DNA of 64,000 bases from an uncultured Elusimicrobia bacterium (GCA_903830945.1 CAIKVT010000021.1:4519-68518); one strand, 5' to 3'; shown: positions 9,900 to 19,233, numbered from the stretch's first letter. Numbers and translations are program-made. Notes: generated from the sequence alone by a model not told the origin.

Positions 9900-10295
9900 A
9901 TGTTCGACGCCAAGGAAGGCCGGTTCGACAGCAACGAGTCCATGACTCTGATCGGCGAGGAAGCCTACGTCCACGGCCAGCTCGCGGCCAAGGGCTCCTT
10001 GCGCGTGGAGGGATCCGTGGAGGGCGACATCACGGATGCGGTGTCCGTGGAGATCGGCAAGAAAGGCCGGGTGAAGGGCAATGTCGCCGCGGAGACGGTC
10101 TCCATCGCGGGCGAGTTGGAGGGAGATGTCGTCGCTTCTCGGACCGTGGAGATTCTGGCTCAGGCGCGCCTACACGGCAATGTCCGCGCGCCGAACCTGC
10201 GCGTCGAGGACGGGGCTTTCTTCGAGGGGACTTGCACTATGCGCGGCGGGGATGAACCCGTGGCCGCGTCGGTTAAGGGGAGGAACGCCGCGTGA
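9900..10295 (+). CDS. Bactofilin (DUF583 polymer-forming cytoskeletal protein)
   Basis: 131-aa ORF with beta-helical bactofilin repeats (GSLRVEGSVEGDI..VEIGKKGRVKGNV..VSIAGELEGDV). It starts 5 nt after the M23 gene and overlaps the next gene by 4 nt. Confidence 0.85.
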   Translation: MFDAKEGRFDSNESMTLIGEEAYVHGQLAAKGSLRVEGSVEGDITDAVSVEIGKKGRVKGNVAAETVSIAGELEGDVVASRTVEILAQARLHGNVRAPNLRVEDGAFFEGTCTMRGGDEPVAASVKGRNAA

Positions 10296-11074
10296 TATCT
10301 TTTTTGAACCGTTACCGTAAGACCCTGTTCATCGCGATCGTGGTTGTGTTCCTCCTTGGCACATTCGTTGGCCTGGGCGGATATCTTTTCACCAGCCGGG
10401 ATACGACCCAGGCCGTGGCCTCGGTGGGCTCCGTGAAGATCCTCTATCAGACCTACCGGTCCCGGGTCGACCAGTACGTAGACGCCTTGCGCAACCGCAA
10501 CGGGGAGGTCTCGGACGCCGCGGTCAAAGAGATCAAGGTCAATATGCTGCGGGAGATGATCACCGACGAGATGCTCTTGGTCAAGGCCGAAGAGATGGGC
10601 ATCAGGGTCACCGATGCTGAGTTGGCGCGCGACATCCGCGGCACGCCCGCCTTCCAGTCTGGTGGGGAATTCAGCTCCGAGGCTTACTTCCGCGCCGTGC
10701 GCGCCGCGTTTCGCGACACACCGCAGGGCTATGAGGAGATGCGGCGGCGCAGCTTGGTGGCCGGCCGCCTTAAGCAGCTCATCTTTCAAGCCGCTAAACT
10801 GACCCCCGGCGAGTTGGCGGTGTTCTCCGCCAAGGATCGCGACGCGGCCGAGAAGGATTTCAAGAAGGCCATGGCGCTGCGCCACAAGGATGCCGCGGCC
10901 GCGAAGCTCACCCCCGCCGAGTTCAAGGAGCGCTTCTTCCAGCAGCGCAAGGAATCCGTCGCGGCCCAGGCTCAGCAGATGCGCGCGCAGGAGCTTTTCA
11001 TTTCCTTGCTGCGCCAGGTGAGCTCCCAGGTCGAGATCAAGTCTTTCCTGGAACAGAGGGAGAGCGGTACGTGA
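10292..11074 (+). CDS. SurA N-terminal-domain-like periplasmic chaperone (PpiD/SurA-N family, no PPIase domain)
   Basis: 260-aa ORF with an N-terminal TM/signal anchor and a helical chaperone-like domain (MLREMITDEMLLVKAEEMGIRVTDAE). Confidence 0.5.
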   Translation: MISFLNRYRKTLFIAIVVVFLLGTFVGLGGYLFTSRDTTQAVASVGSVKILYQTYRSRVDQYVDALRNRNGEVSDAAVKEIKVNMLREMITDEMLLVKAEEMGIRVTDAELARDIRGTPAFQSGGEFSSEAYFRAVRAAFRDTPQGYEEMRRRSLVAGRLKQLIFQAAKLTPGELAVFSAKDRDAAEKDFKKAMALRHKDAAAAKLTPAEFKERFFQQRKESVAAQAQQMRAQELFISLLRQVSSQVEIKSFLEQRESGT

Positions 11075-11166
11075 GCCGACGCCTGCGGGATCGGGAGTTC
11101 CGCTGCTGGCGGCCGGACGGATTTCCTCGCGGCCGGCGCGGATAGACCCTCCGGAGCTGATGAGAG

Positions 11167-12123
11167 ATGGATTCCATCGTGGTGGTAGGCTCGGTCGCGC
11201 TCGATTCGGTGAAGACCCTGTGCGGGGAGAGCCAGGAGGCTTTGGGCGGTTCGGCCGTGTACTTCTCCCTGGCCGCCCGGCATTTCGCGCGAGTGACGGT
11301 CGTCGGCGTCATAGGTAAGGATTTCCCTAAGGAGCACCGCCGCATGTTGGCCGAGAAGGGCATCGACCTCTCGGGCCTCAAGGAACTTCCGGGCAAGACA
11401 TTTCGCTGGGTTGGAAAGTTCGGCCGCGACCTCTCCGATGCCAAGACTTTGGCCACGCACCTCAATGTCTTCGCCAAGTTCAAGCCCAAGCTCACGCCGG
11501 CACAGAAGAGATCTCGGGTCGTGTTCCTGGCCAATATCGATCCCGACCTGCAGGCCAGCGTCCTCGACCAGATGCAGAACCCGGATTTGGTCGCTTGCGA
11601 CACCATGAACTACTGGATCATGTCCAAGCCCGACGCCCTGCGGCGCTTGCTGGCACGGGTGCACATCTTTTTCGTCAACGATGCTGAGGCCAAGCTCCTC
11701 TCCCGCCAGTCCACGGCCTTGCATGCCGCGCGTGTCATCTCGCAATGGGGGCCTCAGGTGGTGGTGGTCAAGAAGGGCGAGCACGGCGCTCTCATGAAGG
11801 TGGGCGAGCGCTCTTACGCCTTTCCGGCCTACCCCGTGGAGTCGGTCAAGGACCCTACGGGCGCGGGCGACACCTTTGCGGGAGGCTTCATGGGCTATCT
11901 GACCTCGACCCGCGACTACGACGACATCGGAAACCTCAAGCGCGCCATGCTCTACGGCACGACCTTGGCCTCTTTCAACGTGGAGGATTTCAGCACCCGG
12001 CGCCTGGAGAACCTCCAGCGCACGGCCCTGCAGGCGCGTTTCGACGAGTCCGTTGACTCGCTGCATGTGCCCCACGGGCCTTTCTCGACCCGCGGTCCGT
12101 TGTTGCGCGAAGCGCGCCGCTAA
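11167..12123 (+). CDS. PfkB family carbohydrate kinase
   Basis: 318-aa ORF with the ribokinase-family motif DPTGAGDTFAGGF and an N-terminal GG motif. The 393-aa minus-strand ORF over the same DNA is a shadow. Confidence 0.8.
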   Translation: MDSIVVVGSVALDSVKTLCGESQEALGGSAVYFSLAARHFARVTVVGVIGKDFPKEHRRMLAEKGIDLSGLKELPGKTFRWVGKFGRDLSDAKTLATHLNVFAKFKPKLTPAQKRSRVVFLANIDPDLQASVLDQMQNPDLVACDTMNYWIMSKPDALRRLLARVHIFFVNDAEAKLLSRQSTALHAARVISQWGPQVVVVKKGEHGALMKVGERSYAFPAYPVESVKDPTGAGDTFAGGFMGYLTSTRDYDDIGNLKRAMLYGTTLASFNVEDFSTRRLENLQRTALQARFDESVDSLHVPHGPFSTRGPLLREARR

Positions 12124-12218
12124 AGCCTTGCTCGTGATTAAGGGGCTGGTCAAGCGCTTCGGCGACGCCGTGGCCTGCGTCGTACCCTGGATTCTGGGTC
12201 AGCGGACCTTGGGGGGAT

Positions 12219-13019
12219 ATGAGCCATAAGATTGGACTTCTGCTGTGCGTCCTCATCGCGCCCGTCTCCCTTTCGGCGAGGGGAGGACAGCCTACGCCTT
12301 CAGGGACGGCGCTTCCCGGCGCGTCGAAGCCAAAGATCGCCGTGGTCCTGGATGATTTCGGGCTGACCTATAAACCTAACGTCAAGGACGAGGCATGGAT
12401 GGCCGTGACTTGGCCGGTGACCTTCGCGGTGATGCCTACTTATAAGAAGAATAAGTATGGGATGAATACTGTGACTGCGGCACGGACGGCGAAAGCCGCC
12501 GGGCACGAAATCATCATCCACTTTCCCTTCGACCCATTCCTGAAGCTGGACTTGCCCAAGGATAGGGTCTCGCCGGGGGATTTGGACGCGGTGCGCAAAT
12601 TGTTGAGTGAAAGCCTGCGCGACATGCCTGGCGCAACGGGCATCAATAACCACCGGTCCTATCAGGCGACCATGAACCGGCCGTTGATGGTCGCCTTCAT
12701 GCGGGAGCTCAAAGGCAAGGGGTTGTACTTTTTGGACAGCCACGTCTCGCCCAAAAGCGTGGCCGGTCCGGAGGCGCGCCAGGCGGGACTGAAGGTGGCA
12801 GTCAACGATATCTTTCTGGAGTCGCCGCCGCACTACAACAATATGCCTTTCTGCCAGAAAGTGATGCGTCAGGTCGCGGCCATGGCGCGCAAGCGGGGCT
12901 CGGTCGTGGTCATCGGGCATCATTATTTCCCCGGCACTTATGAGTGCCTTAAGAAAGAGGTACCGAGGCTGCAGGCCGAGGGCTTCGAGTTCGTCTTCGC
13001 CTCAGACCTGGCGAAATAA
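12219..13019 (+). CDS. Divergent polysaccharide deacetylase family protein (YibQ-like)
   Basis: 266-aa ORF with a signal peptide and the KIAVVLDDFG motif of the divergent polysaccharide deacetylase family. Confidence 0.7.
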   Translation: MSHKIGLLLCVLIAPVSLSARGGQPTPSGTALPGASKPKIAVVLDDFGLTYKPNVKDEAWMAVTWPVTFAVMPTYKKNKYGMNTVTAARTAKAAGHEIIIHFPFDPFLKLDLPKDRVSPGDLDAVRKLLSESLRDMPGATGINNHRSYQATMNRPLMVAFMRELKGKGLYFLDSHVSPKSVAGPEARQAGLKVAVNDIFLESPPHYNNMPFCQKVMRQVAAMARKRGSVVVIGHHYFPGTYECLKKEVPRLQAEGFEFVFASDLAK

Positions 13020-13102
13020 AATTCGGGGTAAAATTCGGGGACACAATAAAATTCGGGGACACAATACCTAACCCCGCAGGAATTAAGTATTGTGTCCCCG
13101 AA
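13018..13102. terminator. Tandem repeat plus a 15-bp perfect inverted repeat, likely a bidirectional terminator between convergent genes
   Basis: The unit aaaattcggggacacaat occurs in tandem, about 2.5 copies across 13018-13066. An inverted copy tattgtgtccccgaa sits at 13088-13102. Stem 13052-13066 pairs with 13088-13102 with a 21-nt loop. Confidence 0.5.
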
Positions 13103-13110
13103 CTAAAACC

Positions 13111-13194
13111 TGCCCAGGGAGGGAATCGAACCCACACGGCCTTGCGGCCACTGGATTTTGAGTCCAGCGCGTCTGCCAGTTCCGCCACCTGGGC
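13111..13194 (-). tRNA. tRNA-Leu (anticodon CAA)
   Basis: The reverse complement reads gcccaggtggcggaactggcagacgcg..ctggaCTCAAAAtccag..long variable arm..gtgggttcgattccctccctgggca. The anticodon loop is ctCAAaa and the long variable arm is typical of Leu. Confidence 0.85.
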
Positions 13195-13253
13195 GCCGGG
13201 CGATTGTAGCAATCTTGTACCGCCCTCGCAAAGGTCATAAAATAGAATCTCAT

Positions 13254-14141
13254 ATGCACATCCCTGACGGGTTCTTGGACGCTAAGACCGTTCTGGTCAC
13301 GGCTGGCCTTTCCGCCGTGGGCCTGGGAACGGCTTTGCGCCAAGCCCGGCTGCACATGCCGCGGCGCAGCGTGCCCATGATGGGTCTGGCCGCGGCCTTC
13401 GTCTTCGTCGCGCAGATGCTCAACTTCCCCGTGGCCGCGGGCACCTCCGGCCACCTCGTCGGCGCGGCCCTGGTGGCCGTGCTGCTGGGCCCCGCCGCCG
13501 CCGTCATAGTGATATCGGCCGTGCTCATCGTTCAATGTCTGCTCTTTGCCGACGGCGGTCTCTCAGCCTTAGGCGCCAATATATTCAACATGGCGCTGGT
13601 CGGTTCCGTCGCCGGCTATGCCATCTATGCGGTTATGCATAAGGTCTTCCCGAGCCCCCGTGGGCGGCTGGCCGCCGTGGCCTTTTCCTCCTGGTGCGCC
13701 ACGGTCTTGGCCGCGGTCTGCTGCGCCGGGGAGCTGGCCTGGTCTGGGACCGTCCCTTGGGCGGCGGTCTTGCCGGCCATGACCGGGGTGCATATGCTCA
13801 TCGGACTTGGCGAGGCCGTGATCACGGCCATGGTCATCGCGGCTCTCGACAGAATCGGCTTCGCGGAACTTCCTACAGGGCTCGCGGCCCGTCCCGGCGG
13901 CTTTTTGGTCTACGGATTGCTGCTCGCGCTAGGGTTGGCGCTCTTCGTGGCTCCTTTCGCCTCGCCCTGGCCTGATGGGCTTGAGAAGGTGGCCTTCATG
14001 TTGGGCTTCGCGCATAAGGCCGCTTCACATTCGACCGCTGTGGCATGGGCCGGTGGCCTATCGACGGCGGCGGCCTTCGTGTGTTCCTGGGGGCTAGCCG
14101 GATGGCTCGTGCCGGCCCAACGGGCCGAGGGCAAGAGATGA
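13254..14141 (+). CDS. cbiM: ECF-transporter substrate-specific component CbiM/NikM with a fused CbiN-like C-terminal TM extension
   Basis: The protein starts MHIPDGF, the canonical CbiM N-terminus, at the ATG 13254. The track ORF start at 13158 would overlap the tRNA. At 295 aa it is longer than standalone CbiM, with extra C-terminal TM segments. Confidence 0.8.
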   Translation: MHIPDGFLDAKTVLVTAGLSAVGLGTALRQARLHMPRRSVPMMGLAAAFVFVAQMLNFPVAAGTSGHLVGAALVAVLLGPAAAVIVISAVLIVQCLLFADGGLSALGANIFNMALVGSVAGYAIYAVMHKVFPSPRGRLAAVAFSSWCATVLAAVCCAGELAWSGTVPWAAVLPAMTGVHMLIGLGEAVITAMVIAALDRIGFAELPTGLAARPGGFLVYGLLLALGLALFVAPFASPWPDGLEKVAFMLGFAHKAASHSTAVAWAGGLSTAAAFVCSWGLAGWLVPAQRAEGKR

Positions 14142-14758
14142 GCCTGTTCCACGGTCTCTTGGAGCACCATTGTCGGATGGAGAGCCCCATCCATAGGCTG
14201 TCCGCGGGTCTTAAGCTCATCGTCGGCCTTGGCGTCGTTATCGCAGCCCTGGTCTCGCCTTTGCCCCGGGCTTGGCCCATCCTGGCCGCTTTGGCGGCCC
14301 TTCTGTTGCTGGTCGCCGTGCTGGGCAGGCTGCCATGGGACTTCCTGGCGCGCCGGCTGTTGTTTCTGGAGCCCTTCGTGCTGGGCGTGGCCGCGCTTTC
14401 CCTTCTACGGCCTAACGGTGCCGCGGACTTCGCGGCCTTGGTCGCCAAGAGCTCCCTCTGTCTATTGGCTATGATCGTGATGGCCGCCACGACCCCGTTC
14501 GCGGATATCCTCGCGACCTTGGGCCGGGTGGGGTTGCCCTCCCTGCTCGTCACGGTGCTGACGCTGATGTATCGTTACCTCTTTGTCCTCCTCGACGAGA
14601 CCGAGCGCATGTCGCTGGCCAAATCGAGTCGGACCTTCAGTTCGGGCCGTGTGTGGACCTGGCAGTCCTCGGCCGCCATCGCCGGGGGGCTTTTCATGCG
14701 CTCCAGCCTCAGGGCCCAGAGGGTCTACGACGCCATGTGCGCGCGGGGGTGGCGATGA
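14138..14758 (+). CDS. cbiQ: ECF transporter transmembrane (T) component CbiQ
   Basis: The start ATG overlaps the cbiM stop (ATGA). It is a hydrophobic 206-aa protein in the expected operon position. Confidence 0.75.
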   Translation: MSLFHGLLEHHCRMESPIHRLSAGLKLIVGLGVVIAALVSPLPRAWPILAALAALLLLVAVLGRLPWDFLARRLLFLEPFVLGVAALSLLRPNGAADFAALVAKSSLCLLAMIVMAATTPFADILATLGRVGLPSLLVTVLTLMYRYLFVLLDETERMSLAKSSRTFSSGRVWTWQSSAAIAGGLFMRSSLRAQRVYDAMCARGWR

Positions 14759-15510
14759 CGCCGGCCATAGAGGTGCGCGGCCTGAGTTTCCGTTATCATG
14801 ACGGCAAGGAGGCCCTGCGCGATGTCAGTTTCAGCGTGCAGGAAGGCGAGTGCGTGGGGCTCATCGGGCCCAACGGCGCTGGGAAATCCACATTGCTGCG
14901 GCATCTCAACGGCCTTCTGCCCGAGCAGGCGGGGCCCGGCAGCGCGGTCTCCGTTTTCGGCCGATTGGTCACGAGAGAGAACCTGGATGAGGTCCACCGC
15001 CGGGTCGGTTTTCTATTCCAGGATCCGGATGATCAGCTCTTCTGCCCTACGGTGTTCGAGGACGTGGCCTTCGGCCCCCGACAGTTCGGCTTGGACGCTG
15101 CAGGCCTGGACGCGGTCGTCGCGGAAGCCCTAGGGTTGGTGGGGTTGGAAGGATTCGCGGACCGGGCTCCGCATCACTTGAGCGACGGTGAGAAGCAGAG
15201 GGTCTGTCTGGCCGGTGTGCTGGCCTGCAAGCCGGACATGCTCGTCCTCGACGAGCCGACCAGCGACCTCGACCCTCGCGGCCGCCGGGCTCTGGTGGTT
15301 TTGCTCGAGAGTCTGCCCGTGACCAAGGTCATCGCCTCTCATGATCTGGAATTGATCCTTAGGCTGGCTCCGCGGGCGCTTCTTTTAGACGGCGGCCGGC
15401 TGGTCGCAGATGGCCACACCCGTACGCTTCTGGGAAACGAGGAGTTGATGCTCGCCCGCGGTCTGGAGAAGCCTCATGGCCTGCTCCATGTCCACCCTCA
15501 CGGAGGTTGA
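14755..15510 (+). CDS. cbiO: ECF transporter ATPase CbiO (ABC ATP-binding protein)
   Basis: Walker A (GPNGAGKST), ABC signature (LSDGEKQRV) and Walker B (LVLDEPTSDLD) are present. The start overlaps the cbiQ stop. Confidence 0.85.
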   Translation: MTPAIEVRGLSFRYHDGKEALRDVSFSVQEGECVGLIGPNGAGKSTLLRHLNGLLPEQAGPGSAVSVFGRLVTRENLDEVHRRVGFLFQDPDDQLFCPTVFEDVAFGPRQFGLDAAGLDAVVAEALGLVGLEGFADRAPHHLSDGEKQRVCLAGVLACKPDMLVLDEPTSDLDPRGRRALVVLLESLPVTKVIASHDLELILRLAPRALLLDGGRLVADGHTRTLLGNEELMLARGLEKPHGLLHVHPHGG

Positions 15511-15523
15511 CGGCGGCGATCTT

Positions 15524-16738
15524 TCAGGTGGAGTATTCCGCGTTGATGCGGATGTACTCCTCGGTGAGGTCGCATGTCAAAAAATCCAAGGCCGCCCGGC
15601 CGCGGCCCAGTCGCACGCGGATGGTGTACTCCGGTCCTTTCATGAGTTCGTGCGCGGCTTTTCGGTCGAAGGGCAGGGCCCGGCCGTTGGCATAGACCCG
15701 GTGCGGGCCGAGGTCGATGCTCGCCCGGGCCGGGTCGAAAGGGTAGCCGGAATTTCCCAGCATGGCGAAGAGGCGTCCCCAATTCGGGTCGCAGCCGGCC
15801 CAGGCGGTCTTGACCAGCGGCGAATTGGCGATGGAGCACGCCACGGCGCGAGCCTCGGCCGGTGAGCTCGCGGCCTCGATGCGCAGGCGCACGAGATGCC
15901 TGGCGCCTTCGCCGTCGCGCACGATCTGTTCGGCCAGGGAAGCGCAGATTCCGCGCAGGGCGTCTGCAAAGGGTGTCTCAACGCCGGCAGCGGCGAGCTT
16001 GACGCCGCTGGCGCCGGAGGCCAAGAGCAAAGCCGTGTCGTTGGTCGAAGTGTCGCCGTCGACCGAGATGGCGTTGAAGCTCACGTCAACGGCGGCTTGC
16101 AGTTGCCGGCGCAGGGCCGCGGGTGAGGCCTTGATGTCGGAGAAGATGTAGACCAGCATGGTGGCCATGTTCGGGTGGATCATGCCTGCGCCCTTGGCTA
16201 CACCGGCTACGGAAACGATCTCGCCGCGGATGGAAAATTCAGCGGATGCGAGTTTGGGCCGCAGGTCCGTGGTCATGATGGCCCGGCCGAAGGCGCGTAG
16301 AGCTTTCTCACCGGAGGCTAGACTGCGGGCCAAGATCGGTATCGCGGTCACGATCTTCCCGGCCGGCAGCGGCACGCCGATGATACCCGTGGAGGACGGC
16401 AGTACGCTGCCCGGCGTGATTTTCAGGTCGCGCGCCAGGGCCGAGCAGCAGGCTGCGGCCGCGCGCAGGCCGCAGTCGCCGGTGCCGCAGTTGGCGTTTC
16501 CGGAGTTGACCAGGACGGCCCGCAGACAGCCCCGGGTCTCCTGGAGATGCGCGCGTCCGATGATGATGGGCGCCGCGGCGGCGCGATTGCGCGTGAACAT
16601 GGCTGCGGCCGCTGTGCCGCCGGGAGCCACGGCCAGGGCCAAGTCGGTTTTTCTGCTGGCCTTGATGCCGGCTTGGGCGCAGGAGAAGCGGAAGCCTTGC
16701 GGCAGGCAGACCGGTTCTTCCGGGCCGCGGATGGTCAT
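15524..16738 (-). CDS. argJ: Bifunctional glutamate N-acetyltransferase / amino-acid acetyltransferase ArgJ
   Basis: 404-aa ORF with the ATML autoproteolysis motif (ATMLVYIFSD) and the ArgJ fold length. Confidence 0.9.
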   Translation of the reverse strand: MTIRGPEEPVCLPQGFRFSCAQAGIKASRKTDLALAVAPGGTAAAAMFTRNRAAAAPIIIGRAHLQETRGCLRAVLVNSGNANCGTGDCGLRAAAACCSALARDLKITPGSVLPSSTGIIGVPLPAGKIVTAIPILARSLASGEKALRAFGRAIMTTDLRPKLASAEFSIRGEIVSVAGVAKGAGMIHPNMATMLVYIFSDIKASPAALRRQLQAAVDVSFNAISVDGDTSTNDTALLLASGASGVKLAAAGVETPFADALRGICASLAEQIVRDGEGARHLVRLRIEAASSPAEARAVACSIANSPLVKTAWAGCDPNWGRLFAMLGNSGYPFDPARASIDLGPHRVYANGRALPFDRKAAHELMKGPEYTIRVRLGRGRAALDFLTCDLTEEYIRINAEYST

Positions 16739-17277
16739 ATGCGCGAGAGGCTGCGTCGCGTGCGTCGTTTTTGATTCAGTTCAAGCCGGGCGAGGTTCGG
16801 CAGCCGGCCGCGGATCATGGCGACCTCGTCGCAGTTTTCTCGGCGGCGGCATGCGAGGCAGTCCTTGTAGATCTTGTCGGGCAGGCGTTCGCGCTTGACC
16901 TCGGTAAATCCCAGATGTCCGAAGAACCCGGAGATGCGGGTGAAGAGGCAGACGCAGGCGATGCGGTGCTGGTCCGCTTCCGCCAGGAGGGCGTCCACGA
17001 TCATGCCGCCGATGCCGCGGCCTTTCAGGCGCGGCCAGACCGCGATGGAGCGGATTTCGCCGAGGTGCATGCCGTAGAAATGCAGGGCACCGCAGCCCAG
17101 GATCCCCTGGGCGTCCTCGGCCACGGTGAAGTCCCGGATGTTCTCATAGAGCTCCGGCAGGGAGCGGGCCAGCAGGATGCCGTGGCGGGCATACTCGAAG
17201 ATGAGGCCGTGTATGGCCGCGGCATCGGGAAGCGTGGCCTTGCGGATGCGGATGGTCGTCGTCTTAGAGAGCGGCAT
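16735..17277 (-). CDS. GNAT family N-acetyltransferase embedded in the arg operon (candidate short N-acetylglutamate synthase)
   Basis: The 270-aa track ORF, read from the internal Met ([16 protein letters not shown]..), gives a ~180-aa GNAT fold (acetyl-CoA motif RLKGRGIGGMIVDALL). The 5' ORF extension is a shadow overlapping argD. The C-terminus is Cys-rich (CLACRRRENC). Confidence 0.6.
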   Translation of the reverse strand: MPLSKTTTIRIRKATLPDAAAIHGLIFEYARHGILLARSLPELYENIRDFTVAEDAQGILGCGALHFYGMHLGEIRSIAVWPRLKGRGIGGMIVDALLAEADQHRIACVCLFTRISGFFGHLGFTEVKRERLPDKIYKDCLACRRRENCDEVAMIRGRLPNLARLELNQKRRTRRSLSRI

Positions 17278-18451
17278 CGAGAGCCTCCACCACTTCGTCG
17301 ATCTGGCTGCGCGTGATGATGTATGGCGGCAGGAAGCGCAAGGTGGTCTCGTGGGTCCGGTTGATGATGAATCCGCGCGCCAGCAGACGCTTCTGCACGG
17401 CCTTGGCTGCGTTCGCGGACTTGAGCTCCAGGGCCAGCATGAGGCCCAGTCCGCGCGCTTCTTTGACTTCGCCATGCCGGGCGGCCAGGTCGTCGAGCCG
17501 GGATAGGAAATAGGAGCCCAGCTCTTCAACGCGCGCGAGGAGCCCATCGCGCGCGATCACGTCGAGGACTTCGAGCGCCACGGCACAGGCCAGCGGGCCG
17601 CCTCCGAAGGTGGTGCCGTGCATCCCGGGCGTGATGGCCGCGGCCACGCGGTTGCTGGCCAGAACGGCTCCCAGGGGCAGACCGCAGGCCAGGGGTTTGG
17701 CCAAGGTGACCATGTCGGGCTTGATGGCGTAGCGCTGGAAGGCGAACATCCGTCCCGTGCGGCCCAATCCGCATTGGATTTCGTCGCAGATCAGCAGCGC
17801 TCCGGTCTTGCGGGTGAGGCGGCTGGCTTCGCGGAGGAACTCTCGGCTTACGGGGCGGACCCCGCCCTCACCTTGGACGGTCTCCACGCATACGGCACAG
17901 ACCCGGTCCGAGAACCTGCGGCGCAGGTCCGCGACGTCGTTGAATTTTACGAAGCTCACGCCCGGCATGACCGGGGCGAAGGGCTCACGGTACTTGGCGG
18001 TGAAGGTGGTGGCTACCGCGCCCATGGTGCGGCCGTGGAAGGAGTTCTCCAGGGCGAGGAAGAGCATCCGGTTGCTTTTGTGCCTGGCTCGGGCGAATGC
18101 GCGGGCGAACTTGAGAGCGGCTTCCCAGGCTTCGGTCCCGCTGTTGCAGAAGAAGGCGCGGTCCAGGCCGCTGAGTGTAGCGAGCCGTTTGGCCAACTCG
18201 GCTTGGAAAGGGGTATAGAAGAGGTTTGAGGCGTGCACCAGGCGCGCCGATTGTTCGCGGATGACGCGGGTGACGGCGGGATGAGAGTAGCCCAGAGCCA
18301 TGACGCCGATGCCGCTGAGGAAATCCAGATAGCGCTTGCCGCCAGGGCCGTAGAGATAGGCCCCGCGGCCATGCGTGAGGGCGGCCGGGTAGCGGTCATA
18401 GGTCTGGATCAGGTGCTTCTTCTCGGCTTTCCGCAGGGACGCCAATGTCAT
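17264..18451 (-). CDS. argD: Acetylornithine aminotransferase
   Basis: 395-aa class III PLP aminotransferase (GYSHPAV.., [11 protein letters not shown]). Confidence 0.9.
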   Translation of the reverse strand: MTLASLRKAEKKHLIQTYDRYPAALTHGRGAYLYGPGGKRYLDFLSGIGVMALGYSHPAVTRVIREQSARLVHASNLFYTPFQAELAKRLATLSGLDRAFFCNSGTEAWEAALKFARAFARARHKSNRMLFLALENSFHGRTMGAVATTFTAKYREPFAPVMPGVSFVKFNDVADLRRRFSDRVCAVCVETVQGEGGVRPVSREFLREASRLTRKTGALLICDEIQCGLGRTGRMFAFQRYAIKPDMVTLAKPLACGLPLGAVLASNRVAAAITPGMHGTTFGGGPLACAVALEVLDVIARDGLLARVEELGSYFLSRLDDLAARHGEVKEARGLGLMLALELKSANAAKAVQKRLLARGFIINRTHETTLRFLPPYIITRSQIDEVVEALDAAL

Positions 18452-19233
18452 GAGATCAGGACCTCCGTGCCGTCCTTGAGCCCTTCTCCGAGCAACCTGG
18501 GCAGGAGCTCAGCCCGCGCCGCGGGCAGTATGCGCACGCGGCCGACCCCGCCGCGCAGCGCGTCCTGGCAGGCTTGCAGTTTGGGGAGCATGCCGCCCTT
18601 GATGACGCCTGCCGCCACCAGGGCGGGGATCTGCGCTGACGGCAGTTCGGCGATGACCGCGCCGTCGGCGCCCTTGACGCCCGCTACATCGGTGAGGAAG
18701 ATCAGGGCGTCGGCCACGCAGCCGGCGGCCCCGGCTGCGGCCATCTGGTCCGCGTTGACGTTGTAGTATTCGTGGTCCGGCCCGAGAGCGAGAGTGCTGA
18801 TGACCGGGATGGCGCCCGCGGCCCAGAGCGCTTCGATCCAGCGCGGGTCTACGGCCGTGATCTCGCCCACGAAGCCCAGATCTGCGCCTGGGTGGGACTT
18901 GCGGCGCGCCCGGAAGGCGCCGCCGTCTCCGCCGCAGAGGCCGAGCGCGGGCCGGCCCGCGGCCAGGATGGCGGCCACCAGGCGCTTGTTGACGATCCCG
19001 GCCAGGACCATGAGGGCCGCGTCTCGGGTTTCGGCGTCGGTCACTCGCAGGCCGTCGATGAACCGAGCCTGTTTGCCCAGTCGGGTGAGCAGGCGGGTCA
19101 GGGCCGCGCCACCGCCGTGCACCACCAGGACCTGGTGCCCCTGGCTGGCCAGCGCCGCGATCGCTTGGGCGCATTTGACGAGGGTGAGAGCTTCGTCGAT
19201 CGCCGCCCCGCCGATCTTCACCACCAGCCTCAT
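18448..19233 (-). CDS. argB: Acetylglutamate kinase
   Basis: 261-aa amino-acid kinase family protein (VVKIGGAAI, VVHGGG). The start overlaps the argC stop. Confidence 0.9.
   Translation of the reverse strand: MRLVVKIGGAAIDEALTLVKCAQAIAALASQGHQVLVVHGGGAALTRLLTRLGKQARFIDGLRVTDAETRDAALMVLAGIVNKRLVAAILAAGRPALGLCGGDGGAFRARRKSHPGADLGFVGEITAVDPRWIEALWAAGAIPVISTLALGPDHEYYNVNADQMAAAGAAGCVADALIFLTDVAGVKGADGAVIAELPSAQIPALVAAGVIKGGMLPKLQACQDALRGGVGRVRILPAARAELLPRLLGEGLKDGTEVLIS

Noticed and set aside
10972-12153. A 393-aa minus-strand ORF over the PfkB kinase gene.
   Set aside because: The plus-strand product has clear ribokinase-family motifs. The minus-strand product is featureless. It is a shadow ORF.
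13158-13253. The ORF-track start for cbiM at 13158.
   Set aside because: It would overlap tRNA-Leu on the opposite strand. The canonical CbiM N-terminus MHIPDGF begins at the ATG 13254.
13195-13253. A possible cobalamin riboswitch upstream of cbiM.
   Set aside because: Only 59 nt separate the tRNA and the start codon, far too short for the ~200-nt aptamer. No B12-box-like sequence was seen.
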